Of a stretch of 64,000 nt of DNA, positions 10,060 to 20,274 are shown piece after piece. Numbering within the stretch: position 1 is the first letter of the stretch; each line of letters begins with the position of its first letter. The stretch is from an uncultured Poribacteria bacterium (GTDB lineage: Bacteria; Poribacteria; WGA-4E; WGA-3G). Below the pieces are notes generated by a model. That model did no database searches. It worked only from the letters and a program-made list of their open reading frames with translations, and was not told the origin of the DNA. The stretch spans positions 4,064,001-4,128,000 of the forward strand of contig OX638351.1 in the NCBI GenBank assembly GCA_951813565.1. The letters are read 5' to 3'. Position numbers and translations under genes: made by a program.

Positions 10060-10167
10060 GTGTAGATTGTTGATGGCGCATTCTTCCAGCGATCTGCAAT
10101 ACAGTCCAATTCGTGGATTTCCCAAGTTTTTAGGAGTTTATAACCTACGACTAAAGGAGGAACCAAA

Positions 10168-10956
10168 ATGATACGTTTTACAATTAGTTTTATCACCATA
10201 GGCTTGATGCTTGCACAACTCAGCAACGCTGAAATCGATCCGAATACTATTGTCGGTGCGTGGTTGTTTAATGAATCAAATGGAAAGGTCGCTGCAGATT
10301 CATCCGACAATGGTAATGATGGCGACCTTGTTGGCGGTGCGAAATGGGTAAAGGGTAAATTTGGCAACGCTATTGAACTTAATGGTCAAGATGCTTGGGT
10401 CACTGTTCCAGCGATCGGGCCGCTTAAAGACTTTACACTGTTAAAGTGGTTTAATTCGACAGGTAGAGTTGGGGCGTGGAGATGCTTTTTTAACCGTGAT
10501 GGTTGGGCTGCTGGGTATGTCCATTATCAATTTCGTCCGGACAATAAGATGGAGATGGCTATTCACTCCAACAATCCAGTGCGACACCCGGGGTGGCCTG
10601 ATTCAGGTTTCACAGCAGACCAAAGCACTTTGGATAAATGGTTCCATCTTACAGTTGCATACAGCAGTACCGAAGAATCAGTTCGCGTCTACTTTGATGG
10701 GGAACTTGATGCCGAGGGTAAATGGGGTCCTTTACCCGGTGAATTTGGACCTGGCCGCATTGGCTCATGGTCTGGAGGCGGCAGAGAGTGGCAAGGGATG
10801 TTCGATGAAATGTTACTCTTCAATGTCTCATTAGAGGAAGACGACATTCAGATGTTAATGCAACATGGCTTAGAAGGGGCACTCGCTGTTGAAGCAGCAG
10901 ATAAAGCTGCGACAATTTGGGGTAAAATTAAGTTAGGATTTATGGAAAATAGATAG
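10168..10956 (+). CDS. Secreted LamG/concanavalin-like jellyroll protein with C-terminal WG-K tail
   Basis: Signal peptide; W-F-E..DSS.N..DG; GKFGNAIELNG; C-terminal AVEAADKAATIWGKIK; AAGGAGG RBS. Confidence 0.85.
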   Translation: MIRFTISFITIGLMLAQLSNAEIDPNTIVGAWLFNESNGKVAADSSDNGNDGDLVGGAKWVKGKFGNAIELNGQDAWVTVPAIGPLKDFTLLKWFNSTGRVGAWRCFFNRDGWAAGYVHYQFRPDNKMEMAIHSNNPVRHPGWPDSGFTADQSTLDKWFHLTVAYSSTEESVRVYFDGELDAEGKWGPLPGEFGPGRIGSWSGGGREWQGMFDEMLLFNVSLEEDDIQMLMQHGLEGALAVEAADKAATIWGKIKLGFMENR

Positions 10957-11004
10957 ACACTTTTCGGCAAGCATTTTGCGAGGTTGTTTATAGACTCCTC
11001 ATAT

Positions 11005-11297
11005 TATAGTAAATTAACCTAAGTTGCTACGGACAAGATTTCAAGTTAGCAAACACTGCTTTTACTGAAAAAACAAGGCTTTTTCGCTGATTCTTATGTT
11101 TTTTGTTCTAAATCGGGGTTAGAAACCCCTCCTACAAGAGCATTGCGAAATAGGTGGCAACTTGGGTTAAATTATGTAAATAAGTTCACATATATTCTGT
11201 AGGAGCGCTCTCCGAATCGCGACGAAACCACTGTTAGTCGGGAATCGGAGTTTCCTCGGACAGCTCAGATGTCCAGTTAATTGTAGAATCCGCTATA
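11005..11297. mobile_element. TA-flanked (IS630-type) MITE carrying a REP pair and a nested AAC-TIR MITE (11016-11168, TSD AAATT)
   Basis: A near-identical uninterrupted copy at 24801-24935 defines the empty allele. Confidence 0.85.
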
Positions 11298-11299
11298 AT

Positions 11300-12493
11300 A
11301 TGTCCCTTCAATTCAAACTCTCAGACAAATCCACCCGTTTCACAGAATCTGTTATCCGAGGCATGACGCAGTTATGTCTACGTCACAATGCGATAAACCT
11401 GTCGCAAGGCACACCCGCATATCAACCGCCGGATGTAGTCAAAGCAGCAGCAATTGAGGCAATTCAAGAAGGATATAACCAATATAGTATCACATGGGGA
11501 GCACCAGAATTTCGCGAAGCAATCGCACATAAAATGACGACTTTCAACTGCATTCCAACTGATGCTGCAAAAAATGTTACCGTCACCTGCGGCTCAACTG
11601 AAGGCATGCTATCCGCTCTACTTGCCATTATTAACCCTGGTGACGAGGTTATCATTTTTGAACCCTTTTATGAAAACTATGGGCCTGATACCATTATCTC
11701 TGGTGCAAAACCCGTCTATGTAGCACTTCAAGAAACACAAACTGCAGATGGTGTAATGCGGTTTGCTTATGATACTTCCGAACTCCAAAATGCTTTTTCT
11801 GCCAACACAAAAGCGATTATTGTAAATACTCCCAACAATCCGCTTGGCAAGGTTTTTACGCAAGACGAACTCCAACAGATTGCTGACCTCTGCTGTGAAC
11901 ATGACTGTATCGCTGTAACTGATGAGATATACGAGCATATGATCTATGATGACAAAGCGCATATCAGCATCGGATCTTTGTCGCAGATGCGGGATCGGAC
12001 GGTTACTGTGTCAGGATTGAGCAAAACCTATTCTATGACAGGATGGCGTTTAGGGTATGTCGTGGCACCTGAAGTTTTAACAGATGCAATACGCAAAATG
12101 CACGATTTCTTAACCGTCGGTGCGCCGCACCCCTTACAACGAGCAGGTGTTGTCGCGCTCAACCTGCCACCAAGTTACTATCAAGAATTAGTCGATAAAT
12201 ATAACAAAAATCGCAAAAGACTCGTTAATACACTTAGAGAGGCAGGATTCCGTTGTCATCCACCAGAGGCTGCCTATTACATTATGACAGACATCTCCGA
12301 TTTTGGATTTCCCGATGACACAGCATTTGCGCACTGGTTGGTCAAAGAAATTGGTGTGGGAGGCGTGCCGGGTTCCAGTTTTTACAGCCGCCCACACCTT
12401 GGCAAGACCAAATTTAGATTTATGTTCAGCATGGCGGATGATGTACTTGTTGAAGCGGGTGAAAGGTTAATGAAGATAAAATCAAAAATCTGA
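11300..12493 (+). CDS. PLP-dependent aminotransferase class I/II (YbdL/MtnE-like)
   Basis: INLSQG, NTPNNPLGK, DEIYEH and SKTYSMTGWRLG motifs. Confidence 0.93.
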   Translation: MSLQFKLSDKSTRFTESVIRGMTQLCLRHNAINLSQGTPAYQPPDVVKAAAIEAIQEGYNQYSITWGAPEFREAIAHKMTTFNCIPTDAAKNVTVTCGSTEGMLSALLAIINPGDEVIIFEPFYENYGPDTIISGAKPVYVALQETQTADGVMRFAYDTSELQNAFSANTKAIIVNTPNNPLGKVFTQDELQQIADLCCEHDCIAVTDEIYEHMIYDDKAHISIGSLSQMRDRTVTVSGLSKTYSMTGWRLGYVVAPEVLTDAIRKMHDFLTVGAPHPLQRAGVVALNLPPSYYQELVDKYNKNRKRLVNTLREAGFRCHPPEAAYYIMTDISDFGFPDDTAFAHWLVKEIGVGGVPGSSFYSRPHLGKTKFRFMFSMADDVLVEAGERLMKIKSKI

Positions 12494-12669
12494 CCTGCAG
12501 TGACTGATTCGTTCAATTTTTCAGTAGTTTCCACATTCGGGCAAAGATCTCTTCTTGTAGGAACGAGCTCCAGCTCGCGACCTGTCTAATATTTTGGCGA
12601 AAACTCTAAAACAGAATCGATATAACAGTAACGGGTTATGACACGAAATTTTCATAGAGGAACAATATT

Positions 12670-12876
12670 ATGGATACAGTTCTTGATAACGAAACACGGG
12701 AAATCTTTCGATCAGAAATAGAAATAATTATTCAGCACGACGCAAAGTATATAACCCTCGGTCCTGATGAGTTTGAAGCAATTGTTAATGCATTTGAGTT
12801 TACTTTAACAAACGGACGCGAAAAGGTCAGAGCGCAAATGATATATGACCTTGTTCAAGAAAAAAGAGATAACTAA
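12670..12876 (+). CDS. Small hypothetical protein
   Basis: 68 aa with an AGAGGA RBS; stop lies 1 nt before the SMC-like start. Confidence 0.6.
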   Translation: MDTVLDNETREIFRSEIEIIIQHDAKYITLGPDEFEAIVNAFEFTLTNGREKVRAQMIYDLVQEKRDN

Positions 12877-12877
12877 T

Positions 12878-14761
12878 ATGCGGTTAGAGCGGATTCGTCT
12901 CAAGACATTCGGTTGTTTCCAACAGCAAGATTTTGAACTATCTGACGGTATCAATCTCATTTTTGGGCCTAATTTTAGCGGAAAAAGCACGCTTGTTAAC
13001 GCTATCTTTTTCACTTTAACCGGTAAACCGATAGTGCCAAGGGTTGATGCTGCAGCGATAAAGAGTGCAAAATCGTATAGCGGAACAGCTGGGCTGCAAT
13101 TCGTAGAAGATGGGGAACGTTATATGCTCTTCCGTGGCACCGGTAAACGTTTCCAACTCAGGCATGAAAAAGAAGGTAACTGGCACATTGTTTTTGATGA
13201 TAAACGTATCACGGTCGTTGAATCTATGCTAAAAGACAAGTTTGGGATTATGCATGACCGGCTTGCCTTGACAACATTCCTTCGCGAAGGTGAAATTTTT
13301 GAATTTCTTGCTCGACAACCCGCAACTCGACGCGATATTCTATTCGCGCTCCTCGGTATTGACAGATTGATAGAGGTTAGAGAACGGTTCATTGACGCAC
13401 GTCGCCTGGCGAAACGCGAACGGAGTAGGATTCAGGCACATCAGAATAGTCTACGGTTCAGTGCACAAAATGCACACAAAACAGAAATTGAAAGAATAGA
13501 AGCAAAATTGAAAGAACTTGAAGCGGCGGACAGTACGGAAACCGGAGATGCAGCATTAATCGCTGAATGGAAGCAGAACCACAAACAAGCACAAATACAA
13601 TTAGATACCCTCACACGAGAACAGACCGAAACCTTAAGTGGTTTCAACAGTATTTCCCACTTACGCGAGATGATAGCTACTATTGAAACAGCAGTTAAGG
13701 AAGCCGCAGGATTAGAGACGGAACGCGAGGAGCTCATCCAAAAAATTGGGAGTCTTGACTCTCAAATTGGAGGTTTGACGAATGTTTGTAACACCCTTCA
13801 CACGCTGATTGAGAGTGACGATGGACATTGTCCCACCTGCCATCAGAAGATAGAACGAGAAATCGTTCAGAAGATTATTGAGGAAAAGGAAACCGAAATA
13901 TCGCAACTATCTGCTGAATTAGAAACTCACAAGAAAACTTTAGCCGAAAAAACCGAAAGTTTAGAAAGTCGGCAGGAACTTGAACAGAGACTGCAGACCT
14001 TGCAGACGAAAGTAACTCGGTTAGAACAGCTTGAGCCAGATATTGATAAAATACAGACTGAAGTTAACACACTTACAACTCGGCTAAGTGAAAAAGGTGT
14101 GTTAGAACAAGAAACAACGGATGAATCAACCAACAACGATGGGCAATCTGTAGAGTCCATCCCCGAAAATATAGATAAACGTCAATTGAAAGCGCGAATT
14201 GACAGCGAACGGAAAAAACTTGAAAAACTTAAGCAGGAAGAGGCGGTGCAATTAGATAGACTTGAGCGACTCCAGAAGGTAAACGCTGAAGCAGAACAGG
14301 TTGAAAGGACAACGCTCAGTTTAGAACTCGCTTGTGCGGGTGTTGACAAAACCATTGAAACACTTCAACGCCAAATCCTTAAACCTGCGGAGGAGGAACT
14401 ACATCGCAGACTTGAACAGATGGAACTTTTTGGACGAACGCGTATTGACTTACAGAAACAACATTTGCTCCCTTCAGTAAAGATAGATGGTGTTGATCGG
14501 AGTTTGATGTTGCTCAGCGGTAGCGAAAAAATGTTCCTCTATCTCTGTTTTAAGGTAGCACTTGCCAAAGTTTTAGGCAATCCCGGTTTCTTTGTGTTCG
14601 ACGATCCAACGCTCCATTTAGATGGTGAGCGAAAAACGTTGATGGTGGATTTTATCCGAAAACTCTCCGAAGAACATCAGGTAGTTGTGACGAGTTATGA
14701 TGACAAAGTGCGTCAGGGATTGGAAGGTGCACATCTAATAGAAATGAAGCGGGAACTGTAG
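12878..14761 (+). CDS. SbcC/Rad50-like SMC-family ATPase
   Basis: GPNFSGKS Walker A, coiled coils with CPTC zinc hook, LSGSE signature, FVFDDPT Walker B. Start taken at MRLERI. Confidence 0.85.
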   Translation: MRLERIRLKTFGCFQQQDFELSDGINLIFGPNFSGKSTLVNAIFFTLTGKPIVPRVDAAAIKSAKSYSGTAGLQFVEDGERYMLFRGTGKRFQLRHEKEGNWHIVFDDKRITVVESMLKDKFGIMHDRLALTTFLREGEIFEFLARQPATRRDILFALLGIDRLIEVRERFIDARRLAKRERSRIQAHQNSLRFSAQNAHKTEIERIEAKLKELEAADSTETGDAALIAEWKQNHKQAQIQLDTLTREQTETLSGFNSISHLREMIATIETAVKEAAGLETEREELIQKIGSLDSQIGGLTNVCNTLHTLIESDDGHCPTCHQKIEREIVQKIIEEKETEISQLSAELETHKKTLAEKTESLESRQELEQRLQTLQTKVTRLEQLEPDIDKIQTEVNTLTTRLSEKGVLEQETTDESTNNDGQSVESIPENIDKRQLKARIDSERKKLEKLKQEEAVQLDRLERLQKVNAEAEQVERTTLSLELACAGVDKTIETLQRQILKPAEEELHRRLEQMELFGRTRIDLQKQHLLPSVKIDGVDRSLMLLSGSEKMFLYLCFKVALAKVLGNPGFFVFDDPTLHLDGERKTLMVDFIRKLSEEHQVVVTSYDDKVRQGLEGAHLIEMKREL

Positions 14762-14786
14762 GAATAGACTTCCTATATCAAAATAA

Positions 14787-16160
14787 CTAAAATCGTTTAA
14801 GAAAAATATCCCCATTATCCCGCTGGTTGTTACTCCAGACGACTGCACACTGCCCATTCCCAACGGATACGACAAAGGGTGGGAAATGCTCGCCTTCGCT
14901 TGTAGAGATAGGCACACCCTCTTTCTCCCATAATAGATTACCATCTAAATCAATTTGTTGACAGTAGATTGCGTCAACGCTTTTTTCGCCGAAGTCACCT
15001 CGGTAATCTATCCATGCAACAAAGAATTGATCTTCGGCAGATTGCACGATGAAAGGTCTATCTTGATGACCACCTGCGGTGCAAAGCGGGATACCATCAC
15101 TTTCCCAAGCCAACGTTCCGTCAGCACCAATGCGTTGCGTGTATAGGTCACCGTAGATATCGCGTTCGTCTCGCCACACAGCAATGATTCCACCCTTGCC
15201 GTCGTTGACAATTGCAGCGTTTTTTTGAATTTCGTCCGCAGTACAGACTGGAACGCCTATCTTCTGCCACAATTTCTTTCTGTCAGGAGAAATGCGTTGT
15301 GCATAGAGTTGGTCATTAATGAAATTTTCATATATCTGCCAGACAACTATAAGACCACTTTTGCCATCTGCCACTACACGTGGTTCACCTTGCATGCCGT
15401 TTTCTGGGGTAATGAGGAGCGGTGTATCCCATAAAGGTCTCGCGTCAAAACTGAGACGATATGCCATAATATGCCAAGCATCGTATCCAATAACGTCCCA
15501 CCACACAATGTAAAATCCACCTAATCCATCTGCAATAAGGATGGGATTGCTCTGTAGCGATTCCGATGGAAAAACAGGTATACCGTCCTGCTGCCACATC
15601 ATTGTCCCATCAGGATTGATACGTTGGATATAGAGGTCTTGGAATTCGGAACTTCGGCGTTCATCTTCCCATACGACGATTGCACCTCCCGCGCCATCAC
15701 TCAAAATTGCTTGCGTAGATTGGTCTGCAGCATTTGTGCAGATAGGAATTCCATCCGTTTGCCAAAGCACTTTGCCCTCAAGGTTTACGGCTTGGGCATA
15801 AATATCCCAACTGCCTCCACCACGTCTGTCGTTCCAAACTACGATTGCGTGCGTATCGTGCCGAATCATGCGTAAGCGACGTTGATTTCTATCTGCGGTG
15901 GATATCGGCAGACCGTCCGTTTGCCACATCGGTGTGTTATTGTTATCTACACGTTGCGCGTATACATCCCAATCCTTACCGGTGCGATAATCCTCCCATA
16001 CGACGATAACGCCACCTTTACCATCGTTTACAACTGACGGGAAAAGTTGACCATCTTTGGCAGTAGAAACGGATATTTTCTCAGACGCGGTTGTGGATTG
16101 TAGGAGACAGAAGACTCCCACAAGGAAAAGAGGAATGAACTTTACCAATGGGAAACTCAT
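14787..16160 (-). CDS. Secreted repeat protein (W.D.R..DIYAQRI repeats, probable beta-propeller)
   Basis: About 7 repeats of DGxGGxIVVWxDxR..DxYAQRI..G..W..DG.P; signal peptide. Confidence 0.75.
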   Translation of the reverse strand: MSFPLVKFIPLFLVGVFCLLQSTTASEKISVSTAKDGQLFPSVVNDGKGGVIVVWEDYRTGKDWDVYAQRVDNNNTPMWQTDGLPISTADRNQRRLRMIRHDTHAIVVWNDRRGGGSWDIYAQAVNLEGKVLWQTDGIPICTNAADQSTQAILSDGAGGAIVVWEDERRSSEFQDLYIQRINPDGTMMWQQDGIPVFPSESLQSNPILIADGLGGFYIVWWDVIGYDAWHIMAYRLSFDARPLWDTPLLITPENGMQGEPRVVADGKSGLIVVWQIYENFINDQLYAQRISPDRKKLWQKIGVPVCTADEIQKNAAIVNDGKGGIIAVWRDERDIYGDLYTQRIGADGTLAWESDGIPLCTAGGHQDRPFIVQSAEDQFFVAWIDYRGDFGEKSVDAIYCQQIDLDGNLLWEKEGVPISTSEGEHFPPFVVSVGNGQCAVVWSNNQRDNGDIFLKRF

Positions 16161-16654
16161 TCGGTGAAAAGCGTTTTTGGTGTCCATAAGTTGACCAATG
16201 TTCCTCTGGTATATAAATCAAGTGCTTCCCAATTCTGGATAGGTAGTTCAATATGTGCAAGTGCAGCTGTGGGCATCCGCTCAATTTGCCCTGTCAAGTG
16301 CCGCACGAGTTGTTCCATCGTTGGGTTATGCCCGACAACCATGACTCGCTGAAATTTATCAGGTAGTACTTGTAATTTTTCGATGTAAACGCCCGGTGGG
16401 GCAAGGTAAAAACGATCTAACCGCTTTACTTTGGCGGTATAACCACATGCTTTTGCGACCTTAGTAGCGGTTTTTCTTGCACGTTTGGCTGATGAGGTAA
16501 AAACACGATCTGGAATTAACTCTTGTTCACGCAGATGTTTTCCCATACGCGGTGCATCTTGTTTACCGCGTTTGTTAAGGGGACGGTCGTAATCGGATAG
16601 TTCTGGATTGTCCCAACTGGATTTGGCATGCCGCAAAATGAGAAGCGTTTTCAT
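16157..16654 (-). CDS. sixA: Histidine phosphatase, SixA family
   Basis: LILRHAKSSW, DRPLNKRG and VVGHNP motifs; start at MKTLL. Confidence 0.85.
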   Translation of the reverse strand: MKTLLILRHAKSSWDNPELSDYDRPLNKRGKQDAPRMGKHLREQELIPDRVFTSSAKRARKTATKVAKACGYTAKVKRLDRFYLAPPGVYIEKLQVLPDKFQRVMVVGHNPTMEQLVRHLTGQIERMPTAALAHIELPIQNWEALDLYTRGTLVNLWTPKTLFTE

Positions 16655-16697
16655 GGTAATTCTGCTATGATTTAGAACGTGAGTGTTCCTGATACTT

Positions 16698-17708
16698 TTA
16701 AATCTGTGTCCAATCCATGATGACACCTAAGTATTCACCCTTCCGATCAGTCAAACCATCATAAGCGGATTGTGCATCTTCGGGATTTATTACATGTGTT
16801 AGCAATTCCTCAACCTTGAATTTGCCTTCCTTGATAAGGGAATAAACTATTTGTGAATTCCGTTCAAGCGAATGTTTCGATTCACCTGAGTGCATTGTTG
16901 GATACACCCACTCATGTGCACTTCGCAGCGTGACCGCACCTAAGCCGATGAGATGCGAATAATTGAGTATCGCTGTAGCATTTGTGATATATTCTCCGCG
17001 TGGCGAACCGAGCAGGATGACCTCTCCTTTAGTGCGAGTCAACTGATATGCCAATTCGACAAGCCGTGGGTTGCCAATCGCTTCAACTGTAACCTCCGCC
17101 TTTTGCCCATCTGTTAAGGCTTTGACGCGTTCAATTACATCCTCTTCGTCAGGATTGATCAAATGTTGAATACCGCACTTTCGGGCAATTTCTATCCGTT
17201 CGGGGACCCTTTCAACGCTAATTACCTTCATACCAGCCAAATTGAAAAGTTGTGAGGCAGAATTGCCAACTAACCCTAAGCCGATAATGACAGCGGTATC
17301 ACCAAATTCAGCCGAAGAAACACGCAACGAAGTCATCGCGACTGTTGCCATTCGCACAAACGGAATCAGTTTAGCATCCATCTCTAACGGAGGTTTGAAC
17401 GTCAACATTACAGAAGCAGTTTTAACGATAGATGCGTGTGAGCTGTAGCAGAATACGTAATCTCCAACTGCACACTTTGTTACGTGCTCACCCACTTTTA
17501 GCACTTCACCAATAGCCGTGTAACCTGACCCGTGCGGAAACCGAGTCCCGCTTTCTAAACCGGTATATCCTGCGCCTTCGGTGCCGGGACTAATTAGACT
17601 GTAATGTGTTTTAAGCAAAATCTGGTTCGGTGCCAGTGTTTCGTCAAGTTCAAAATCTTCTAACGTTGCTGAACGTTTCGCTGGCATGATAATCTGTTTG
17701 CCTTTCAT
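16698..17708 (-). CDS. MDR-family (zinc-binding alcohol dehydrogenase-like) oxidoreductase
   Basis: SLISPGTE, GYTAIG and GLGLVG Rossmann motif; GAGGAG RBS before MKGKQ. Confidence 0.85.
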   Translation of the reverse strand: MKGKQIIMPAKRSATLEDFELDETLAPNQILLKTHYSLISPGTEGAGYTGLESGTRFPHGSGYTAIGEVLKVGEHVTKCAVGDYVFCYSSHASIVKTASVMLTFKPPLEMDAKLIPFVRMATVAMTSLRVSSAEFGDTAVIIGLGLVGNSASQLFNLAGMKVISVERVPERIEIARKCGIQHLINPDEEDVIERVKALTDGQKAEVTVEAIGNPRLVELAYQLTRTKGEVILLGSPRGEYITNATAILNYSHLIGLGAVTLRSAHEWVYPTMHSGESKHSLERNSQIVYSLIKEGKFKVEELLTHVINPEDAQSAYDGLTDRKGEYLGVIMDWTQI

Positions 17709-17899
17709 GGCGTTGCTCCTCATCAAGATTTATGAGTTCGTTTCAGTTGCTTTATGATAGCAGTGATAGGTTGGGAAGTCAAGATAATATTCAAGTTCTT
17801 GATAAAAACGTGAGCTAGGCATAAAGGCTTAGGTTGGGTAGAACGGAACAGAGAAAGAAGGCGTCAAAAGACAAACGTTAGGTTTCGCTCCGCTCTACC

Positions 17900-18101
17900 C
17901 ATAGCTGTCAATTTAAGGATATACCCTCTTGTGGGAGCGAATCAACGCAGCATGCGCGTTTGGCATGCTGCCAAATCAACGCCAAATGCGCTTTTTGGCA
18001 TTTGTCGGGTTTTCAACCCCGATAAACATATATAAATCGGGCTTATAAAGCCCTCCCACAAGAGGCAATCTGGTAATTATGTGCTTAAATTGACGCCTAT
18101 G
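17900..18101. mobile_element. CATAG-TIR MITE with 19-bp TSD in a REP
   Basis: GGTTTCGCTCCGCTCTACC at 17881-17899 and 18102-18120. Confidence 0.88.
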
Positions 18102-18124
18102 GGTTTCGCTCCGCTCTACCCAAC

Positions 18125-19258
18125 CTACACACTATAGCTGCGATTAATACGAAAAGGACTTATATCAAATGTAGTTTCACCGGTAAGTGCTAATTCGCTC
18201 ATGATGCGTCCGACAAGTGAACAAAACTTAAAGCCGTGCCCAGAAAAACCTGCTGCTATCAACAGATTAGGACAGAGCGGATGCGCGTCAATAATAAAAT
18301 CTTCGTCCGGTGTTTCGGTGTAGAGGCAAACTTCAGTATCAACCGTATTACCAAGTTCGGGGACACGTTCGCGCAAATAGGTATCCATCCGTTGAATGTA
18401 ATCTGAATCGGGTGCGCGATTACACGTATTAGGCGAAACAGTTTGACCCATGCCGTGTCGTGCAACCTTTACACCGTTTTTCCCAAAAAAAGGCATACCA
18501 TACATAAATTCGTTTTCAGATGTAATCTCTGTAAAGATTGGGAACCGTTCTGGTTCAAACATTGCAATGTCGGAGGGTTTGTAATAGCAGACTTGCTGCT
18601 TTGTTACTGTGAGTGGTAGGTTCAGTTCTTTGAGTAAAGAGGATGTCCATGCGCCTGCAGTTACGATGATTTTTCTACCACGGAATTGGACGTCTTCCGT
18701 ATGGGCAATTGGAATATCAGATTGCCAATCTATTCGAGGGACAGGCATCTCTTCGCGAACATCAACTCCGTGTTTTTCTGCCACTTGCAGGTAAGTCAAA
18801 ACGCATTCGGAAGCATACAGAAAACCGGTATCTTTCTGCCAAAGGATATCCATATCATTAGAAACTCGAAATTGCGAGAACTGTTTCGCTAATTGTTTCG
18901 CATCCCACCACTCCGATTCAACGCCTGCTGCATCTAAACTTTGCCGAACAGAAGTCACATACTGATTTCCGCTTTCCCCTATATTAATACTTCCAGTAAT
19001 GAACAGTAATTGTTTCCCAGATGCTGATTCAAGATCGCGCCATTCTAAGTATGCGGTTTTCATCAATTCGGTGTAAAAGGGTTTATCGTAAAAGAAGCGG
19101 ATGATGCGCGTTTCCCCGTGTGAACTACCAAATGTGTGTCCGCGCTGGAATTGCTCTAATACAAGCACATCCGCACCTGATTTGGCAAGATGGTATGCGG
19201 TTGCACTCCCCATGCCACCTGCACCAATAACGATTGCGTCGTATATACGGGCCTGCAT
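18125..19258 (-). CDS. solA: N-methyl-L-tryptophan oxidase / monomeric sarcosine oxidase family
   Basis: GAGGMG, GSSHGETRIIR, CLYTETPD (FAD-linked Cys) and GFSGHGFKF motifs. Confidence 0.88.
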   Translation of the reverse strand: MQARIYDAIVIGAGGMGSATAYHLAKSGADVLVLEQFQRGHTFGSSHGETRIIRFFYDKPFYTELMKTAYLEWRDLESASGKQLLFITGSINIGESGNQYVTSVRQSLDAAGVESEWWDAKQLAKQFSQFRVSNDMDILWQKDTGFLYASECVLTYLQVAEKHGVDVREEMPVPRIDWQSDIPIAHTEDVQFRGRKIIVTAGAWTSSLLKELNLPLTVTKQQVCYYKPSDIAMFEPERFPIFTEITSENEFMYGMPFFGKNGVKVARHGMGQTVSPNTCNRAPDSDYIQRMDTYLRERVPELGNTVDTEVCLYTETPDEDFIIDAHPLCPNLLIAAGFSGHGFKFCSLVGRIMSELALTGETTFDISPFRINRSYSV

Positions 19259-19690
19259 TTCTATCCTTCACTATTTTGAGGTGAAACCATGACAGGGAAC
19301 ATTCTTGTCACTTGTTTGATATGTTAGCAGAAGTTACGGGTACCATGCAATAAAAAAGCGAAATAGCCTGACTTTGCGGGGAAACAGGGCTATTTAGTTT
19401 TCGGTTTTTCCGGCGTATTTCATGACATACTTTAATGTTTTATAGCAGCATTGTAGTCGAGTTTCGCTATCACTCTATCTATAGCCTCAACTTACAAAAA
19501 AGATGTGCTATGCAAAGTAGTAGGCACACGCCGGGGAATGCCTAAACGGCATTCGGACCCGGTGAATGACTAAAGACGAATGCGCAGTGGCGGGGCACAG
19601 GGACCCCGCTCTACAGTGGAAAACGCCGCGTAATCATTGCAAATTGAACCTATGTAACCAAATATTTACACACCCACATTCATATTTATC

Positions 19691-19719
19691 TTGACGATAT
19701 GTGTTTTTTCGTGTAAAAT
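19691..19719 (+). promoter_or_regulatory. Sigma70-type promoter for ruvX-mltG
   Basis: TTGACG-17 bp-TAAAAT. Confidence 0.5.
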
Positions 19720-19774
19720 TGTAAAATATGTGATAATTAGAAAGGCAAATAGGTTTTCCGCAGGAGGAGTTAAC

Positions 19775-20194
19775 ATGGCTGTTTTGCTTGGATTAGATGT
19801 CGGTGACGTAAGGATCGGCGTAGCCGTTAGTGATGCTCTTGGTAGCGGTGCACATCCATTATGCACCCTAACCCGCACAAATCGGCAGCGCGATATAACA
19901 GCGATAGGTGACCTTGCCTCTATCCATAAGGTAGAACGAATCGTCATCGGATTACCTATCTCACTTGACGGAACCCTTGGCACACAAGCAGAAAAGGTGC
20001 AAAAATTTGGAGCCCGATTGTCCGAAGGGCTTGATATACCTGTTGAGTTCTGTGACGAAAGGTTTACTACATCAGAAGCAGAAGAAATTTTGAATAAAGT
20101 TGACGTAAATCCTAAAGACCGCAAAAAAGTTATTGATCAAGTTTCCGCTGTGCTTATTTTAGATGAATACCTACGTGGGAACACAGGAAAATAG
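19775..20194 (+). CDS. ruvX: RuvX/YqgF pre-16S rRNA nuclease
   Basis: LGLDVGDVRIGVAVSD, IVIGLP, DERFTT and IDQVSAVLIL motifs; AGGAGG RBS. Confidence 0.95.
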   Translation: MAVLLGLDVGDVRIGVAVSDALGSGAHPLCTLTRTNRQRDITAIGDLASIHKVERIVIGLPISLDGTLGTQAEKVQKFGARLSEGLDIPVEFCDERFTTSEAEEILNKVDVNPKDRKKVIDQVSAVLILDEYLRGNTGK

Positions 20195-20274
20195 GAAGGG
20201 TAAGATTCTCATCATTTTCGCTGAGCTATTGTTGCAGATTATCTTATTAGGCAGCGTTGATTTGGAGGCATCCC

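Noticed and set aside
12670..14761. Calling the SMC-like gene Lamassu or Wadjet
   Set aside because: No effector, kleisin or other partner genes are adjacent.
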